Assembly (NCBI GenBank): GCA_041395945.1
Contig: JAWKZN010000001.1
Coordinates: forward strand, 2,684,403 to 2,748,402
Reading direction: 5' to 3'
Source of the DNA: Pseudomonadales bacterium
GTDB lineage: Bacteria > Pseudomonadota > Gammaproteobacteria > Pseudomonadales > Azotimanducaceae
Length of the DNA stretch: 64,000 nucleotides
Position 1 is the stretch's first letter; each line of letters opens with the position of its first letter. Below the pieces are notes generated by a model. That model worked only from the letters and a program-made list of their open reading frames with translations. It was not told where the DNA came from and searched no databases. Shown here one piece after another: positions 45,959-55,923 of this stretch. A program made the translations under genes and the position numbers.

Positions 45959-46861
45959 CTAATCGCTGACCGCCTTGTCCCCGGAGCCAGCGTCTTCGGC
46001 GTCCCGGCTCTCTTCGTCGGCCGCACGCTGATCGGCCTCTGCTGCTCGAAGATCCTTACGGAACAGATGCTCACCACAGCGCCAGCAGTAGCTGGCTTCG
46101 GCAACATGCCCTTCCGCCGAACAGGCGGGGCAGGTACGGGTGTTGGCTGAACGGCGCTGAGCCTCACTCAACTCCATGGTGACGATGCCCGTGGGTACCG
46201 CAATGATTCCGTAGCCCATGATCATCACCAGGGTAGCCATGGCCTGGCCAAAAGGCGTCTGCGGTGTCAGATCACCATAGCCGACGGTGGTGAGGGTGAT
46301 CACCGCCCAGTAGATGCTCTTCGGGATACTGGTGAAGCCATGCTCTTCGCCTTCGATCAGATACATGAGACAGCCGAAAATCACCACCAGTGCGAGTACA
46401 GAAGTGATGAACACGGCAATCTTGCGGCGGCTTGCCAGCAGCGCCTGGCTCAGCAGTTGCGCCTCCCCCACGTAGCGGACCATGCGCAGCACACGGAATA
46501 CCCGCAGCACGCGGAGAATGCGGATCACCAGCAGGTACTGGGAATCGGCGATGAACATGCTCAGGTAGGTCGGCAGGATACCCAGCAGATCGACGATGCC
46601 GAAAAAGCTGCGGGCGTAGCGCGCGGTATTTTCGATACACCAGAGCCGCAGGGCGTACTCCACTGTGAAAGCGATGGTGAAGGTCCATTCGAGAATCAGG
46701 AAGATGCGACCGTAGCGCTCGTGAAGTGCTGCAACAGAGTCGAGCAGCACGGCCACCACGCTGATCAGAATACTCACCAGCAGGACGACATCGAATGCCT
46801 TACCGGCCGGGGTATCGGCCTCGAAGATAATGATGCGGATGGCATTTCTGTTCAGGGCCAT
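45959..46861 (-). CDS. voltage-gated K+ channel (6-TM Kv-like) with a C-terminal CxxC...CxxC tail
   Basis: S4 segment RILRVLRVFRVLRMVR, selectivity filter TTVGYGD, C-terminal CPACSAEGHVAEASYCWRCGEHL. Confidence 0.85.
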   Translation of the reverse strand: MALNRNAIRIIIFEADTPAGKAFDVVLLVSILISVVAVLLDSVAALHERYGRIFLILEWTFTIAFTVEYALRLWCIENTARYARSFFGIVDLLGILPTYLSMFIADSQYLLVIRILRVLRVFRVLRMVRYVGEAQLLSQALLASRRKIAVFITSVLALVVIFGCLMYLIEGEEHGFTSIPKSIYWAVITLTTVGYGDLTPQTPFGQAMATLVMIMGYGIIAVPTGIVTMELSEAQRRSANTRTCPACSAEGHVAEASYCWRCGEHLFRKDLRAAEADQRAADEESRDAEDAGSGDKAVSD

Positions 46862-46921
46862 CGCGCTCTCGCTGCCTCAGGTTGCCGGATGGTTCAAGAG
46901 GCTACCATGCCTTACGATAAT

Positions 46922-47581
46922 TCAAACCGTCTTCTCCAGACGATAGACCACCTCCCGCGCCTCGGAGACACCCGCCTTGCCGAAACGCGGCGGAAGATCC
47001 ACAGCCCTGTGCCGGGCGAGACGGGTGACCGAGCCGCGATCACCGAACAGAGCCTGTACCTCGGACTCGGACACCGCGAAGGGCGGGCCATCGATCAGTG
47101 CCTGATCATATTCGAGGGTGATGAGCAGGGTCACGGTTCGATCCGGCAGGATGCGCTGCAGGTGATCGGCGTAGCGCCTGCGCATCGTTGCAGGCAGCGC
47201 GACCAGAGCGCCCCGGTCATAGACACCCCGCACGCCCTGCAGGTCCGAGCCCTGCAGATCGAACAGATCACCACAGTGAATCACCGTACGTTCGCCACGG
47301 TACTGCTGAAGATAGAAGCCGGATTCCTTCACAGCGGTCTCACCCGCTTCCGCAAAGTAGGCTTGAATTGCGCGCTCGGAGAGTTCAACCCCCACCACGC
47401 GATGACCCCGGTCCCGCAGGTAGCGCATATCGAGGCTCTTGCCGCACAGCGGCACGAACACGCCGGCCTGGGTGCTGACCTCCAGATCGGGCCAGTAACG
47501 GGCGAGCAGCGGATTCACCAGTGCCTGGTGGAAGCCGATCTGCCCCTGGTCCCAGCGTTCCAGCCAGAAGTCCCGGTCCAT
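46922..47581 (-). CDS. tpm: thiopurine S-methyltransferase family protein
   Basis: FWLERWDQGQIGFHQ, VFVPLCGKSLDMRYL, RVVGVELSERA. ATG 47581 (AAGG RBS) is preferred over GTG 47590. Confidence 0.8.
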   Translation of the reverse strand: MDRDFWLERWDQGQIGFHQALVNPLLARYWPDLEVSTQAGVFVPLCGKSLDMRYLRDRGHRVVGVELSERAIQAYFAEAGETAVKESGFYLQQYRGERTVIHCGDLFDLQGSDLQGVRGVYDRGALVALPATMRRRYADHLQRILPDRTVTLLITLEYDQALIDGPPFAVSESEVQALFGDRGSVTRLARHRAVDLPPRFGKAGVSEAREVVYRLEKTV

Positions 47582-47689
47582 TGCGGACACCTTTTCAGTG
47601 ACACCGGCAGCTGCCCGTGGCCCGTGAAGGCACCTGAACCCATGCCGGTGGTGTTATAAAGCTCTCCCCTGACAGTTGTTTAACCCAAC

Positions 47690-48892
47690 GTGCCCGAGCG
47701 AGCAACCCGAACACCTCCCACCGTCCCCGCGGCCAAGTTGCGGCGGATGGTCCTCGAGCGCCAGGGTCTGCTGAAACGGGAACCCTTCGGACGGGGCAAA
47801 GCGGCCACCCTGCGGGCGATCGAACAGCTCGGCTACGTGCAGATCGACACCATTTCCGTGGTAGCGCGCGCTCACCACCATGTACTGCGCACCCGGGTCA
47901 GCAACTATCAGCCCGAGCATCTGGAGAGGCTGCAGCGTGAGGGTCGTATATTCGAATACTGGTACCACGCCGCCGCCTACCTGCCGATCACCGATTACCG
48001 GTTCGCCTTACCGAAGATGCAGCGCATGGCGGCGAAGGCCGATCGCTGGGTCAGAAGCCGCAACACCGGGCTGCTGCAGGATGTGCTGGCGCGTATCCGG
48101 GAAGAGGGTGCGCTGAAAGCCAGGGACTTCGACGCGCCCGACCACTCCGGTGGCGGCTGGTGGAACTGGAAGCCGGCCAAAGGTGCACTGGAGCAGCTCT
48201 TCATGCAGGGCGACCTGATGGCGGTCGGTCGGGATGGCTTCGAGAAGATCTACGATCTCACCGAACGGGTGCTGCCGGCCGATGTTGACACAGGCGCGCC
48301 GTCCGAGCGGGAATTCGTGGCTCACCTGCTTGACGCAACACTGAGAACACAGGGCTTCGCCACCTCACCCGCCGTGCTCTATCTGCGACCGGGTGCGAGT
48401 CTGCGCACAACACTGCAGCAGATCCTCGAGGAGCGTGTTGCCGACTCGATACTGGTTCCGGTGCGCCTGCCGGATGGCAGTCCGGCCTTCGCGGAACCGG
48501 AACTGCTGGAGAGGCGCGCACCGGTTTCCAGCAACCGGGTCAGCATCCTCTCGCCTTTCGACAATCTGGTGATTCAGCGCAAGCGCACCCGGACGGTTTT
48601 CGGCTTCGACTACCAGGTCGAGTGCTATGTGCCCGAGCATAAGCGCCGCTACGGATACTTCTGCCTGCCGATTCTCTATCGGGACCGGCTCGTCGGACGG
48701 CTGGACTGCAAGGCTCATCGCCCCGAGGCAAGACTCGAGATCCGCGATCTGTTTATCGAAGACGATGCCCTGCGTGTGCGGGCACCTGCGGAGTTCCTGG
48801 CAGCGCTGCAGGATGGGCTGGATCGATTCGCCCACGACAACGGATGCGCACCACCCGCCCTGCCGGCGAAGGCCCGCTGGCGCGCCGCGTAA
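47690..48892 (+). CDS. YcaQ/AlkZ-like winged-helix DNA glycosylase family protein (DUF1006)
   Basis: GTG start. LERQGLLK...LGYVQIDTISVVARAHHHVL parallels the E. coli YcaQ N-terminus as recalled. C-terminal RRYGYFCLPILY motif. Confidence 0.75.
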   Translation: MPERATRTPPTVPAAKLRRMVLERQGLLKREPFGRGKAATLRAIEQLGYVQIDTISVVARAHHHVLRTRVSNYQPEHLERLQREGRIFEYWYHAAAYLPITDYRFALPKMQRMAAKADRWVRSRNTGLLQDVLARIREEGALKARDFDAPDHSGGGWWNWKPAKGALEQLFMQGDLMAVGRDGFEKIYDLTERVLPADVDTGAPSEREFVAHLLDATLRTQGFATSPAVLYLRPGASLRTTLQQILEERVADSILVPVRLPDGSPAFAEPELLERRAPVSSNRVSILSPFDNLVIQRKRTRTVFGFDYQVECYVPEHKRRYGYFCLPILYRDRLVGRLDCKAHRPEARLEIRDLFIEDDALRVRAPAEFLAALQDGLDRFAHDNGCAPPALPAKARWRAA

Positions 48893-49032
48893 GCCCGGGT
48901 GAACGGTTGACTCGACAGATCGGGCAACTGTTCTAGAGTTCCCTTTGCGCAGGGATGCAGCACAGGGACGTGCTTCCGGGGTCATGGACGACCCGCCGCA
49001 GCTGCGCTCCCCTTGGTCCTCTTTCGCGCCCT

Positions 49033-50595
49033 TCAGATCTGCCGGCTGCGGCCGCTCCAGTATGGCGTGCGCACGACGCGGCGCTGAATCTTGCCGCTGG
49101 GCAACCGCGGCAGATCTGCCACGAAGTCCACCGATCTCGGGCATTTGAAGGCCGCAAGCCGGCTCCGGGCATGGGCGATGATGGCATCGGCCAGCACCGG
49201 CGTCGGCTCGTGTCCGGGGCGCAACTGCACGACGGCCTTAACCTCCTCACCCCATTCTTCATTCGGCACTCCGACCGTGCAGGCATCGAGCACTGCCGTG
49301 TGTTGCAGCAGCACTTCGTCGACTTCCTGAGGGTAGATGTTCACACCGCCGGAGATGATGGTCTCCGCACTGCGTCCGTTGAGGAAGAGAAAACCGTCTT
49401 CGTCCACATAACCCATATCACCGAGGGTGAACCAGTCGCCGCGGTAGGTTTCCGCCGTCTTGTCCGCAGATTTGAAATATTCAAAACGACCCACTTCGGG
49501 TGCGCGGAAATAAATGCTGCCGGTTTCGCCCTGGGCGACTTCGTTGCCCTCATCGTCGAGGATGCGGGTGTTTTCCGGTGTCGGCGTCCTCCCCACACTG
49601 CCCGGTTTACGCAGCCAGGTGGCGGAATCGATGGTGTAGTTGTTACCGCCTTCGGTGGCAGCGTAGTACTCGTTGATCACCGGACCCAGCCACTCGATCA
49701 TCGCCTGTTTCACATGTACCGGACAGGGTGCTGCGCCATGCACCACATACTGCAGGCTGGAGATATCGTACTTCTGTTTCACTTCATCAGGCAGCTGCAG
49801 CAGCCGGTGAAACATGGTGGCCACCATATGGGTATGGGTTACTCCATGGGTTTCGATCAGACGCAGGGTTTCCTCAGCATCCCAGCGGTCCATCAGCACC
49901 AGCGCGGCCCCCGCATTCAGCGGCGCGCTGACATTGAAGGCCAGAGGGGCTGCGTGATACATGGGTCCGGTACACAGATTGACGGCGCCGGGACCGCCAC
50001 CAGCCTGGCTCGCCACGGTGGCGCGCGCCACCGGCTGTTGTCGACGGTACACGCCTTTGGGGCGCCCGGTGGTGCCTGAGGTGTAAAGCATGGTGCCACC
50101 CCGGATCGGATCGGGAATGTCGCCGTCATCGAAGTCTGCAATCGCTTCGCTGAAATCCTCGAATCCGGGAATCGCACCGCCGACCGACAATCGGACTGAA
50201 CAACCGGCCGCATGCTCCACCGCCGCGGTCGCGGTACCCAGGCCCGCATCGTAGATCACGGCCTTCGCTTCGCAGTTGTCGATGACATAGCCGGCTTCTT
50301 CGGCGGTCAGGTGAAAATTCACAGGGGTAAATCGCAGACCGCCCCGCAGCGCGGCTGCCAGCGCCTCGACAAATTCCGGCCGGTTGCGGCTCACTACCGC
50401 GATGGCATCACCCGCACCAACACCGCGCTGGCGCAGCATGCGCACGAGCTGATTGGCGTGGGCATTGAGTTCTCTGAAGGTCCGCTCGCCAAATCTGGAA
50501 GACAGGGCCGTACGCTCGGGCTGCCGGCTGGCGTGATAAGCCAGGGCCATTCCCTGCTCCAGAGCCTGGTCAAGTGCATTCGGTGTTTCTGTCAT
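49033..50595 (-). CDS. AMP-dependent acyl-CoA synthetase/ligase
   Basis: AMP-binding motif MLYTSGTTGRPKGV, YYAATEG, GDMGYVDEDGFLFLNGR, C-terminal PRLPSGKIQRR. Confidence 0.85.
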   Translation of the reverse strand: MTETPNALDQALEQGMALAYHASRQPERTALSSRFGERTFRELNAHANQLVRMLRQRGVGAGDAIAVVSRNRPEFVEALAAALRGGLRFTPVNFHLTAEEAGYVIDNCEAKAVIYDAGLGTATAAVEHAAGCSVRLSVGGAIPGFEDFSEAIADFDDGDIPDPIRGGTMLYTSGTTGRPKGVYRRQQPVARATVASQAGGGPGAVNLCTGPMYHAAPLAFNVSAPLNAGAALVLMDRWDAEETLRLIETHGVTHTHMVATMFHRLLQLPDEVKQKYDISSLQYVVHGAAPCPVHVKQAMIEWLGPVINEYYAATEGGNNYTIDSATWLRKPGSVGRTPTPENTRILDDEGNEVAQGETGSIYFRAPEVGRFEYFKSADKTAETYRGDWFTLGDMGYVDEDGFLFLNGRSAETIISGGVNIYPQEVDEVLLQHTAVLDACTVGVPNEEWGEEVKAVVQLRPGHEPTPVLADAIIAHARSRLAAFKCPRSVDFVADLPRLPSGKIQRRVVRTPYWSGRSRQI

Positions 50596-50667
50596 AGGAC
50601 TCCCCTTCCCATCAGGTCCTGGCCTGATTCTAGTGGATCGCCTGACTGTTTTTCAGGATTCCGTGTT

Positions 50668-51360
50668 CTACAGTTCAAGCGCTGTCTCGGTACCCCGATG
50701 ACTGGCCATCTTCAGCACACCGTCCTCTTCGAAAAGCAGCAGGCCGTCGAGGTATGCCACCGGCGCTTCATCCAGCCGCTCGCCGAGCAGCTGGTGTCGC
50801 AGCAGATGGAGGCTCATGTCATGGGACACACAGACATCGAGCTGATGGTCGGCAACCGGCGAGCGCAGTTTTGCCGCGAGTACAGTGGCGAGCAATCGCG
50901 CAGCAGACGCAGGCTGCATCATCGCATCGGCAGGTACTCCGCCTGCAAACCACTGAGCCATATAAGGCACCAGTCCGCCCGCCTCGCGCATGCCTTTCCA
51001 CATCTTCATCTGATCCAGCGCATAGAACACTCCAAGCGCTTCCAGCGGGCGGTGCCGGGTGATCGCACCGCCGCGGGCTTCATGACCCGCCAGTACCAGC
51101 TCCGCGGTTTCCATGCAGCGATGGGGTGGGCCTGCATAACCACGCAGTGTCAGCGACTTCGGCAGCCGTTCTCCCAGGCGACGCGACAGCGCACGACCTT
51201 CTGCGGTGAGCGGATTCTCCAGATCATGTCTGCCCGGCTCATACTCCCGGGCCGAGTGCCGTATCAGCAGCAAACAGCGGCGGACACGGCGTCCAAGAAC
51301 CGCTGCAACCAGATCAACGCTGGCATCGCCGAATTCACCCAAGCCTGCCTCCCTGGTCAT
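50668..51360 (-). CDS. histidine phosphatase (phosphoglycerate mutase-like) family protein
   Basis: LLLIRHSAREYE (RHS/RHG-type motif) and a downstream VSHD motif. The start lies 6 nt after the preceding OMP stop. Confidence 0.6.
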   Translation of the reverse strand: MTREAGLGEFGDASVDLVAAVLGRRVRRCLLLIRHSAREYEPGRHDLENPLTAEGRALSRRLGERLPKSLTLRGYAGPPHRCMETAELVLAGHEARGGAITRHRPLEALGVFYALDQMKMWKGMREAGGLVPYMAQWFAGGVPADAMMQPASAARLLATVLAAKLRSPVADHQLDVCVSHDMSLHLLRHQLLGERLDEAPVAYLDGLLLFEEDGVLKMASHRGTETALEL

Positions 51361-51366
51361 CCATAC

Positions 51367-52620
51367 CTAGAAATAGTAAACCCAGCGCAGATACCCCTGA
51401 ATGGCACCGCCGGAGGTCAACGCATCGCCCGCAAGCGGTACACCGCCGAATTCCTCACCGGCACGACCCAGGGACAGGACAACACCTGCATCCGCCCGGG
51501 AGTGATCATTCAGATCGTAGGTGAGCTGACTCTGCACAAGAGCGCTGCCATCATGGAGATTGGTGATCAGGGTAAGAGACTGGTTCCACAGCGCGTGCCA
51601 TTCCAGGTTGCCTGTGAGCGCCAGGTAATCACGCATCAGGTTGAATACCTCACCCCGGGCAAGCCGTTCGGTCAGCGGATCAGGTAATGCCAGCGGGGTC
51701 AGGGGTAGAGACTTCACCCCGAAGTCGTTGTGGTAGTACTCGGCCGCCACATAGGCGACCCGTTCATTGACCGTGAAGCTGTAGTCCAGGTTCAGAATCC
51801 CCGATACCTTCCAGTCTCCCTCATCGAGCCTCGTCGCGATGATGTCACTGCGCAGCAGCGCGCCGCCCAGGGGCATCCGCCAGGAGACACCGAACACCTG
51901 ATCCTCGTAGTGCTGACCGCCAACGAGTTCCAGCTCACCGGAGCCGACGAACCTGTGCCACTTGGCGGCTGCGCTGCTGGCACGATGGCTCACGTCGCCC
52001 TCGAAGTCACGACGCGCGACCGCGAGCAACTGCAGATCGCTGCCATCGCTGAACAGTTTGTCGAGCAGAATCAGATCATCACCGGATTTGTAGTCGCGAT
52101 CGACGGTGGTCGGGGCAAAGGGGCTGAACAGATCCATCGGCTGGAATACCTGGCCATTACCCCAGCTCACCGCCTGGCGGCCGACGGTCAATCCCCAGCT
52201 GGTACCGTTGTACTGCATGGCCATGCGGTCAATGCGGTGCAGCAGTTGATGGCTTGCGCCCGAGTCGAGCACCCAGGTCAGATCCATCAGCCTTCGATCA
52301 TCATTTGTCACCGCCTGATCCAGCACCGCGCCGGAATTCACCTGAAACCCGTAGGAATCGCCCCCGGCGACAATCGTCGAATGGTGGGCCAGCCAGGTGA
52401 AGTTACCGCTCTCATGGGAGAGCATCAGCCGGGTATCCGCCGTGTAGTCGTACGCCGGTGTACCGTCCTGAAGTCGTTGTGCATCTGTGTCGATCAGTGC
52501 AGCACCCGCACCGAAGACTTTCACACGGGCATCAATTTCGACACCGGCAGCGGGACTGAACCAGCCCCACAACAGCAGCAGTAGCGACTGCCAGCGCCAG
52601 CTTCCGGCAGAAAGGATCAT
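51367..52620 (-). CDS. outer-membrane beta-barrel protein (porin-like, unknown family)
   Basis: Signal peptide (WRWQSLLLLLWGWFSPAAG), alternating beta-strand pattern, GRQAVSWGNGQVFQPMDLF motif, C-terminal aromatic signal YLRWVYYF. ATGA-coupled to the ABC ATPase gene. Confidence 0.65.
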   Translation of the reverse strand: MILSAGSWRWQSLLLLLWGWFSPAAGVEIDARVKVFGAGAALIDTDAQRLQDGTPAYDYTADTRLMLSHESGNFTWLAHHSTIVAGGDSYGFQVNSGAVLDQAVTNDDRRLMDLTWVLDSGASHQLLHRIDRMAMQYNGTSWGLTVGRQAVSWGNGQVFQPMDLFSPFAPTTVDRDYKSGDDLILLDKLFSDGSDLQLLAVARRDFEGDVSHRASSAAAKWHRFVGSGELELVGGQHYEDQVFGVSWRMPLGGALLRSDIIATRLDEGDWKVSGILNLDYSFTVNERVAYVAAEYYHNDFGVKSLPLTPLALPDPLTERLARGEVFNLMRDYLALTGNLEWHALWNQSLTLITNLHDGSALVQSQLTYDLNDHSRADAGVVLSLGRAGEEFGGVPLAGDALTSGGAIQGYLRWVYYF

Positions 52621-53312
52621 GATGGGGTTGCGCTGTCCTCGATGATCTGCCCATCCCGCAGCCGTACCTGCCGTTTCGCATAACTCATCACCTGGGGATC
52701 ATGGGTGGCAGTGACAATGGTCACCCCGTGATCTTCATTGAGCGTGCGCAGCAGCTCGAGCAGCTCTCTGGTGGTGCTCGAATCGAGGTTCGCACTCGGC
52801 TCGTCCGCCAGCAGGAGTACGGGTTTCGTAACAATGGCCCGTGCCACGGCCACCCTCTGCTGCTGGCCACCGGACATCTCACCCGGGCGACGGTCCGTCA
52901 TCCCTTCCAGGCCCAGTTCTTTCAGAATTGCAATAGCACGCTCTGCGCGTTCTGCAGCCCCTACACCCTGCAGCTGCATTATGAACTCCACATTTTCCCT
53001 TGCAGACAACACCGGGATCAGGTTGTAAGCCTGAAACACGAAACCCATCTTCAGTAATCGCAGATCGGAAAGCTCGCTCTCACTCAGCTCGTTGAGTATC
53101 TGACCGTCCACCTGCACGGTGCCCGCATCCGGCCGATCGAGACCGCCGATGATGTTGAGCAGGGTGGACTTGCCCGATCCGGAAGGGCCAGCCAGACTCA
53201 CGAAATCTCCTGACTTGACCTCAAAATCAACATTCTGCAGGGCTCGTACCGGCACCGAATCATCCTGGTAGATTCTTGAAACACCGGTGCAGCGGACGAC
53301 TGTATCTGTCAT
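52617..53312 (-). CDS. ABC transporter ATP-binding protein (MacB/LolD-like)
   Basis: Internal ATG 53312 (MTDTVVRCTGVSRIY). Walker A GPSGSGKST, signature MSGGQQQRVAVARA, Walker B LLLADEPSANLD. ATGA overlaps on both sides. Confidence 0.95.
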   Translation of the reverse strand: MTDTVVRCTGVSRIYQDDSVPVRALQNVDFEVKSGDFVSLAGPSGSGKSTLLNIIGGLDRPDAGTVQVDGQILNELSESELSDLRLLKMGFVFQAYNLIPVLSARENVEFIMQLQGVGAAERAERAIAILKELGLEGMTDRRPGEMSGGQQQRVAVARAIVTKPVLLLADEPSANLDSSTTRELLELLRTLNEDHGVTIVTATHDPQVMSYAKRQVRLRDGQIIEDSATPS

Positions 53313-54535
53313 TTTCTGAGAGCCTCCAGAGGTTTGATTTTGACCGCGCGCCAGGCGGGGTAGAGGGCAGCCAGCACGCCGAACACCAGGCTCAGTGACG
53401 CCACGAGTATCATGTCGGCGGTCAGCACGCGGGGTTTGAGCACACTGCTCATGCCGGCCATCTCGATGCCTTCCGCCCAGTCGGCCAGGTTGATGCCTTC
53501 GCCCAGCCACTGGGTGGCCAGCAACCAGCCAAGACCGAGGCCGAGGGCAACGCCCGCGCTCATGATCAGCGCAGATTCGAGCATCACCTGCACGATGATC
53601 AGACGTGACTGCATACCCACCGCCCGTAACACTCCGAACTCTCTGATCCGTTCCATGACAGCAGTGATCAGCGTATTGACCAGACCGAAGATGAGTGCAC
53701 CCATCATGACCAGAAACCATATGAATATGGCGCTGTCGGCAAAGATGAACATCGCCGCCGCCTGAGGTTCGAGCTGCTGCCAGTCGAGCACATCCAGTCC
53801 GGTGAAGAAGCTGGTCAGCGTCGATCTCAGATTGAGCCCCAGCTTCTGATCATCAGCCTCGGTGGTCAGCTTGATGGAAACCTCCGTCACCACTTCCGCA
53901 TCGACCATCTTCTGCAGCGTCGCTACCCCCGTGAACACGAACTGCTTCTCGAGCCCGGTGCCTTCTGCATCGAACAGACCGGCAATCCGGAATCCCGATT
54001 CCCGGTTCTTGCCATCGATGCCCTGGGTGATGATGACCAGCCGGCGGCCGATTTCGGTCTCCAGCTGGCGCGCGAGCTCCTTGCCGATCAGCACCCGATT
54101 ATCCTCAGGTCCATTGAGCATTTCTCCCGTGTGTGCCACATCACCCAGGAAGGAGATGTTCTCCTGTTTCGGATCCACACCGACAAACTGGATGCCCCGG
54201 GTTTCCCGCTCACTCATGATGACCGCCGGAATGCGGATGCGGGCAGCCCAGCCGGCGAGCTGATCGGCAGGAAAATCAGGCTGCCAGTTCTTCGCCAGCT
54301 CAAAACTCTTCTCGATATTCGGATCATCACGATATCCGGGCGCCAGAATTTTCAAGTGGCCGGTGAGATTGGCCACGGCTGATTCCCGCATGTCGAACTG
54401 CATGCCGCGGATGAGACTGTTGGTCACGGTCACTCCCGCAACAGCGACGACGATGGCTGCCAGCAGCATGGCGTTGCGTCGCCGGTGCCGGAACAGGTTG
54501 CGACTACTCAGCTGAAACAGAAGCTTTAACGGCAT
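53309..54535 (-). CDS. FtsX/MacB-type ABC permease, paralogue 3 (408 aa)
   Basis: TM1, a ~230-aa periplasmic domain, then three C-terminal TMs. Ends ...YPAWRAVKIKPLEALRK, a typical FtsX-family C-terminus. Confidence 0.85.
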   Translation of the reverse strand: MPLKLLFQLSSRNLFRHRRRNAMLLAAIVVAVAGVTVTNSLIRGMQFDMRESAVANLTGHLKILAPGYRDDPNIEKSFELAKNWQPDFPADQLAGWAARIRIPAVIMSERETRGIQFVGVDPKQENISFLGDVAHTGEMLNGPEDNRVLIGKELARQLETEIGRRLVIITQGIDGKNRESGFRIAGLFDAEGTGLEKQFVFTGVATLQKMVDAEVVTEVSIKLTTEADDQKLGLNLRSTLTSFFTGLDVLDWQQLEPQAAAMFIFADSAIFIWFLVMMGALIFGLVNTLITAVMERIREFGVLRAVGMQSRLIIVQVMLESALIMSAGVALGLGLGWLLATQWLGEGINLADWAEGIEMAGMSSVLKPRVLTADMILVASLSLVFGVLAALYPAWRAVKIKPLEALRK

Positions 54536-54578
54536 GCATTTTCCTCAGACTTTTCCATCCGACTTCCGCAGCTGCCAG

Positions 54579-54616
54579 GGAACCTCTGCATAAGCAGCAA
54601 CACCTCAGAGGTTTCC
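54579..54616 (-). other. intercistronic stem-loop between permease genes 2 and 3
   Basis: GGAACCTCTG (54579-54588) pairs with CAGAGGTTTCC (54606-54616), with one bulge and a 17-nt loop. It abuts the TAG stop of permease 2 inside the only long (80-nt) gap of the operon. Confidence 0.4.
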
Positions 54617-55911
54617 TAGGCCCGAGCACGCAGTGCCTCGACCGGACGCAGCCGGCGGATCTTCAGCATTGGAATCAGCGCAGCGAACTGCGTGCCGATC
54701 AGCATGATCAGGGCGGCAGTCACTGCCGCATTCATGCTGAAGGTCGGGTACAGGCGGTCGGGCATGTTGAATTCACGCAGAATCTCATCCGCAGCACCCG
54801 GCAGCGGCATGCCATAAATCATCAGCGGCACAATGCACAGCAGACTGAATCCGAAACCCAGCGCAAGACCCAGCGCCGCCATCCAGAAGGACTCAGCCGC
54901 AAGTTGCAGCATGATTTTACCCGGCCGCATGCCGATGGCAGTCAGCATGCCGAACTCCGGCGTGCGCTCGAACACCGTCATCATGAAGGTGTTGACCACA
55001 CTGAAGGTGACGATGATGGTGATCACCGCGAACATGAGCCGGGTGCCTACCCGCTTCAGCTCGATGTACTGTTCCGCCTCCGGCATCAGCGTGCGCCAGC
55101 CCAGCACCGCCCAATCACTCTCCGATCCGCGAACCTGCCGCAGTCGCAACAGATCAGCGGCAACTTCTTCGCTCACCGCGACAGAGTTCGCGAGCACCAC
55201 CACGCTGTGGGCTTCGGTGGGACCGAGGCTCCAGCCCGTCCGGAAATCACTGATGTCGATCTGCAGCAGTGAACGATCGAGTTCCGCCTGGCCGCTGGTG
55301 AACAATCCCACAACCTCGGCAACGGTGGCAGCCACGCCCCCCTCCCGCGCGGTACCGAGCATTACGACTTCATCGCCGACTGCAAGTCCCAGGTTGCGGG
55401 CGAGCACGGAGCCGAGCAGAGCCTCTCCGGGCCCGGCCAGGTAACGTCCGGCACTGACCATGCCAGGCAGCGTGGACCATCGAGCTTCTACCACCGCGTC
55501 CACTCCCTGAACCTGGGCACCGAAACTGCGCTCGCCATGGGACACCAGCGCAAACCCCTGCGCCCGCGCCGACGCGTTCACAACACCGCTGCTGGATCTG
55601 ATCGCTTCCAGCAGCTGCGGATCGGCATCGATGCTGTACTCCATGCGGGGATCATCGAGGTAACCGGGATGCTGAAGTTGAACATGGCCGAGTGCGAGGC
55701 GCGCGCCATTGTCGATCATGGTGGCGAAGGTACCTTCCTGCAGGCTCTGGGCAAAAACCAGCATCCATACTGCGAAGGCGATGCCGGCACTGGTGAGCCA
55801 GGTTCGGCGACGATTGCGCCACAGGTTGCGCCAGGCCATCGCACCTACAACGCTCCGACCACCGCCGGTGACAGGCGCAGCCGCAGGGGTATCCATGCTG
55901 GTTTCCGCCAT
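54616..55911 (-). CDS. FtsX/MacB-type ABC permease, paralogue 2 (431 aa)
   Basis: Same topology as paralogues 1 and 3. WRNLWRNRRRTWLT N-terminal motif is shared with paralogue 1. Ends ...IRRLRPVEALRARA. Confidence 0.85.
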   Translation of the reverse strand: MAETSMDTPAAAPVTGGGRSVVGAMAWRNLWRNRRRTWLTSAGIAFAVWMLVFAQSLQEGTFATMIDNGARLALGHVQLQHPGYLDDPRMEYSIDADPQLLEAIRSSSGVVNASARAQGFALVSHGERSFGAQVQGVDAVVEARWSTLPGMVSAGRYLAGPGEALLGSVLARNLGLAVGDEVVMLGTAREGGVAATVAEVVGLFTSGQAELDRSLLQIDISDFRTGWSLGPTEAHSVVVLANSVAVSEEVAADLLRLRQVRGSESDWAVLGWRTLMPEAEQYIELKRVGTRLMFAVITIIVTFSVVNTFMMTVFERTPEFGMLTAIGMRPGKIMLQLAAESFWMAALGLALGFGFSLLCIVPLMIYGMPLPGAADEILREFNMPDRLYPTFSMNAAVTAALIMLIGTQFAALIPMLKIRRLRPVEALRARA

Positions 55912-55923
55912 CGCGAATTCCCC

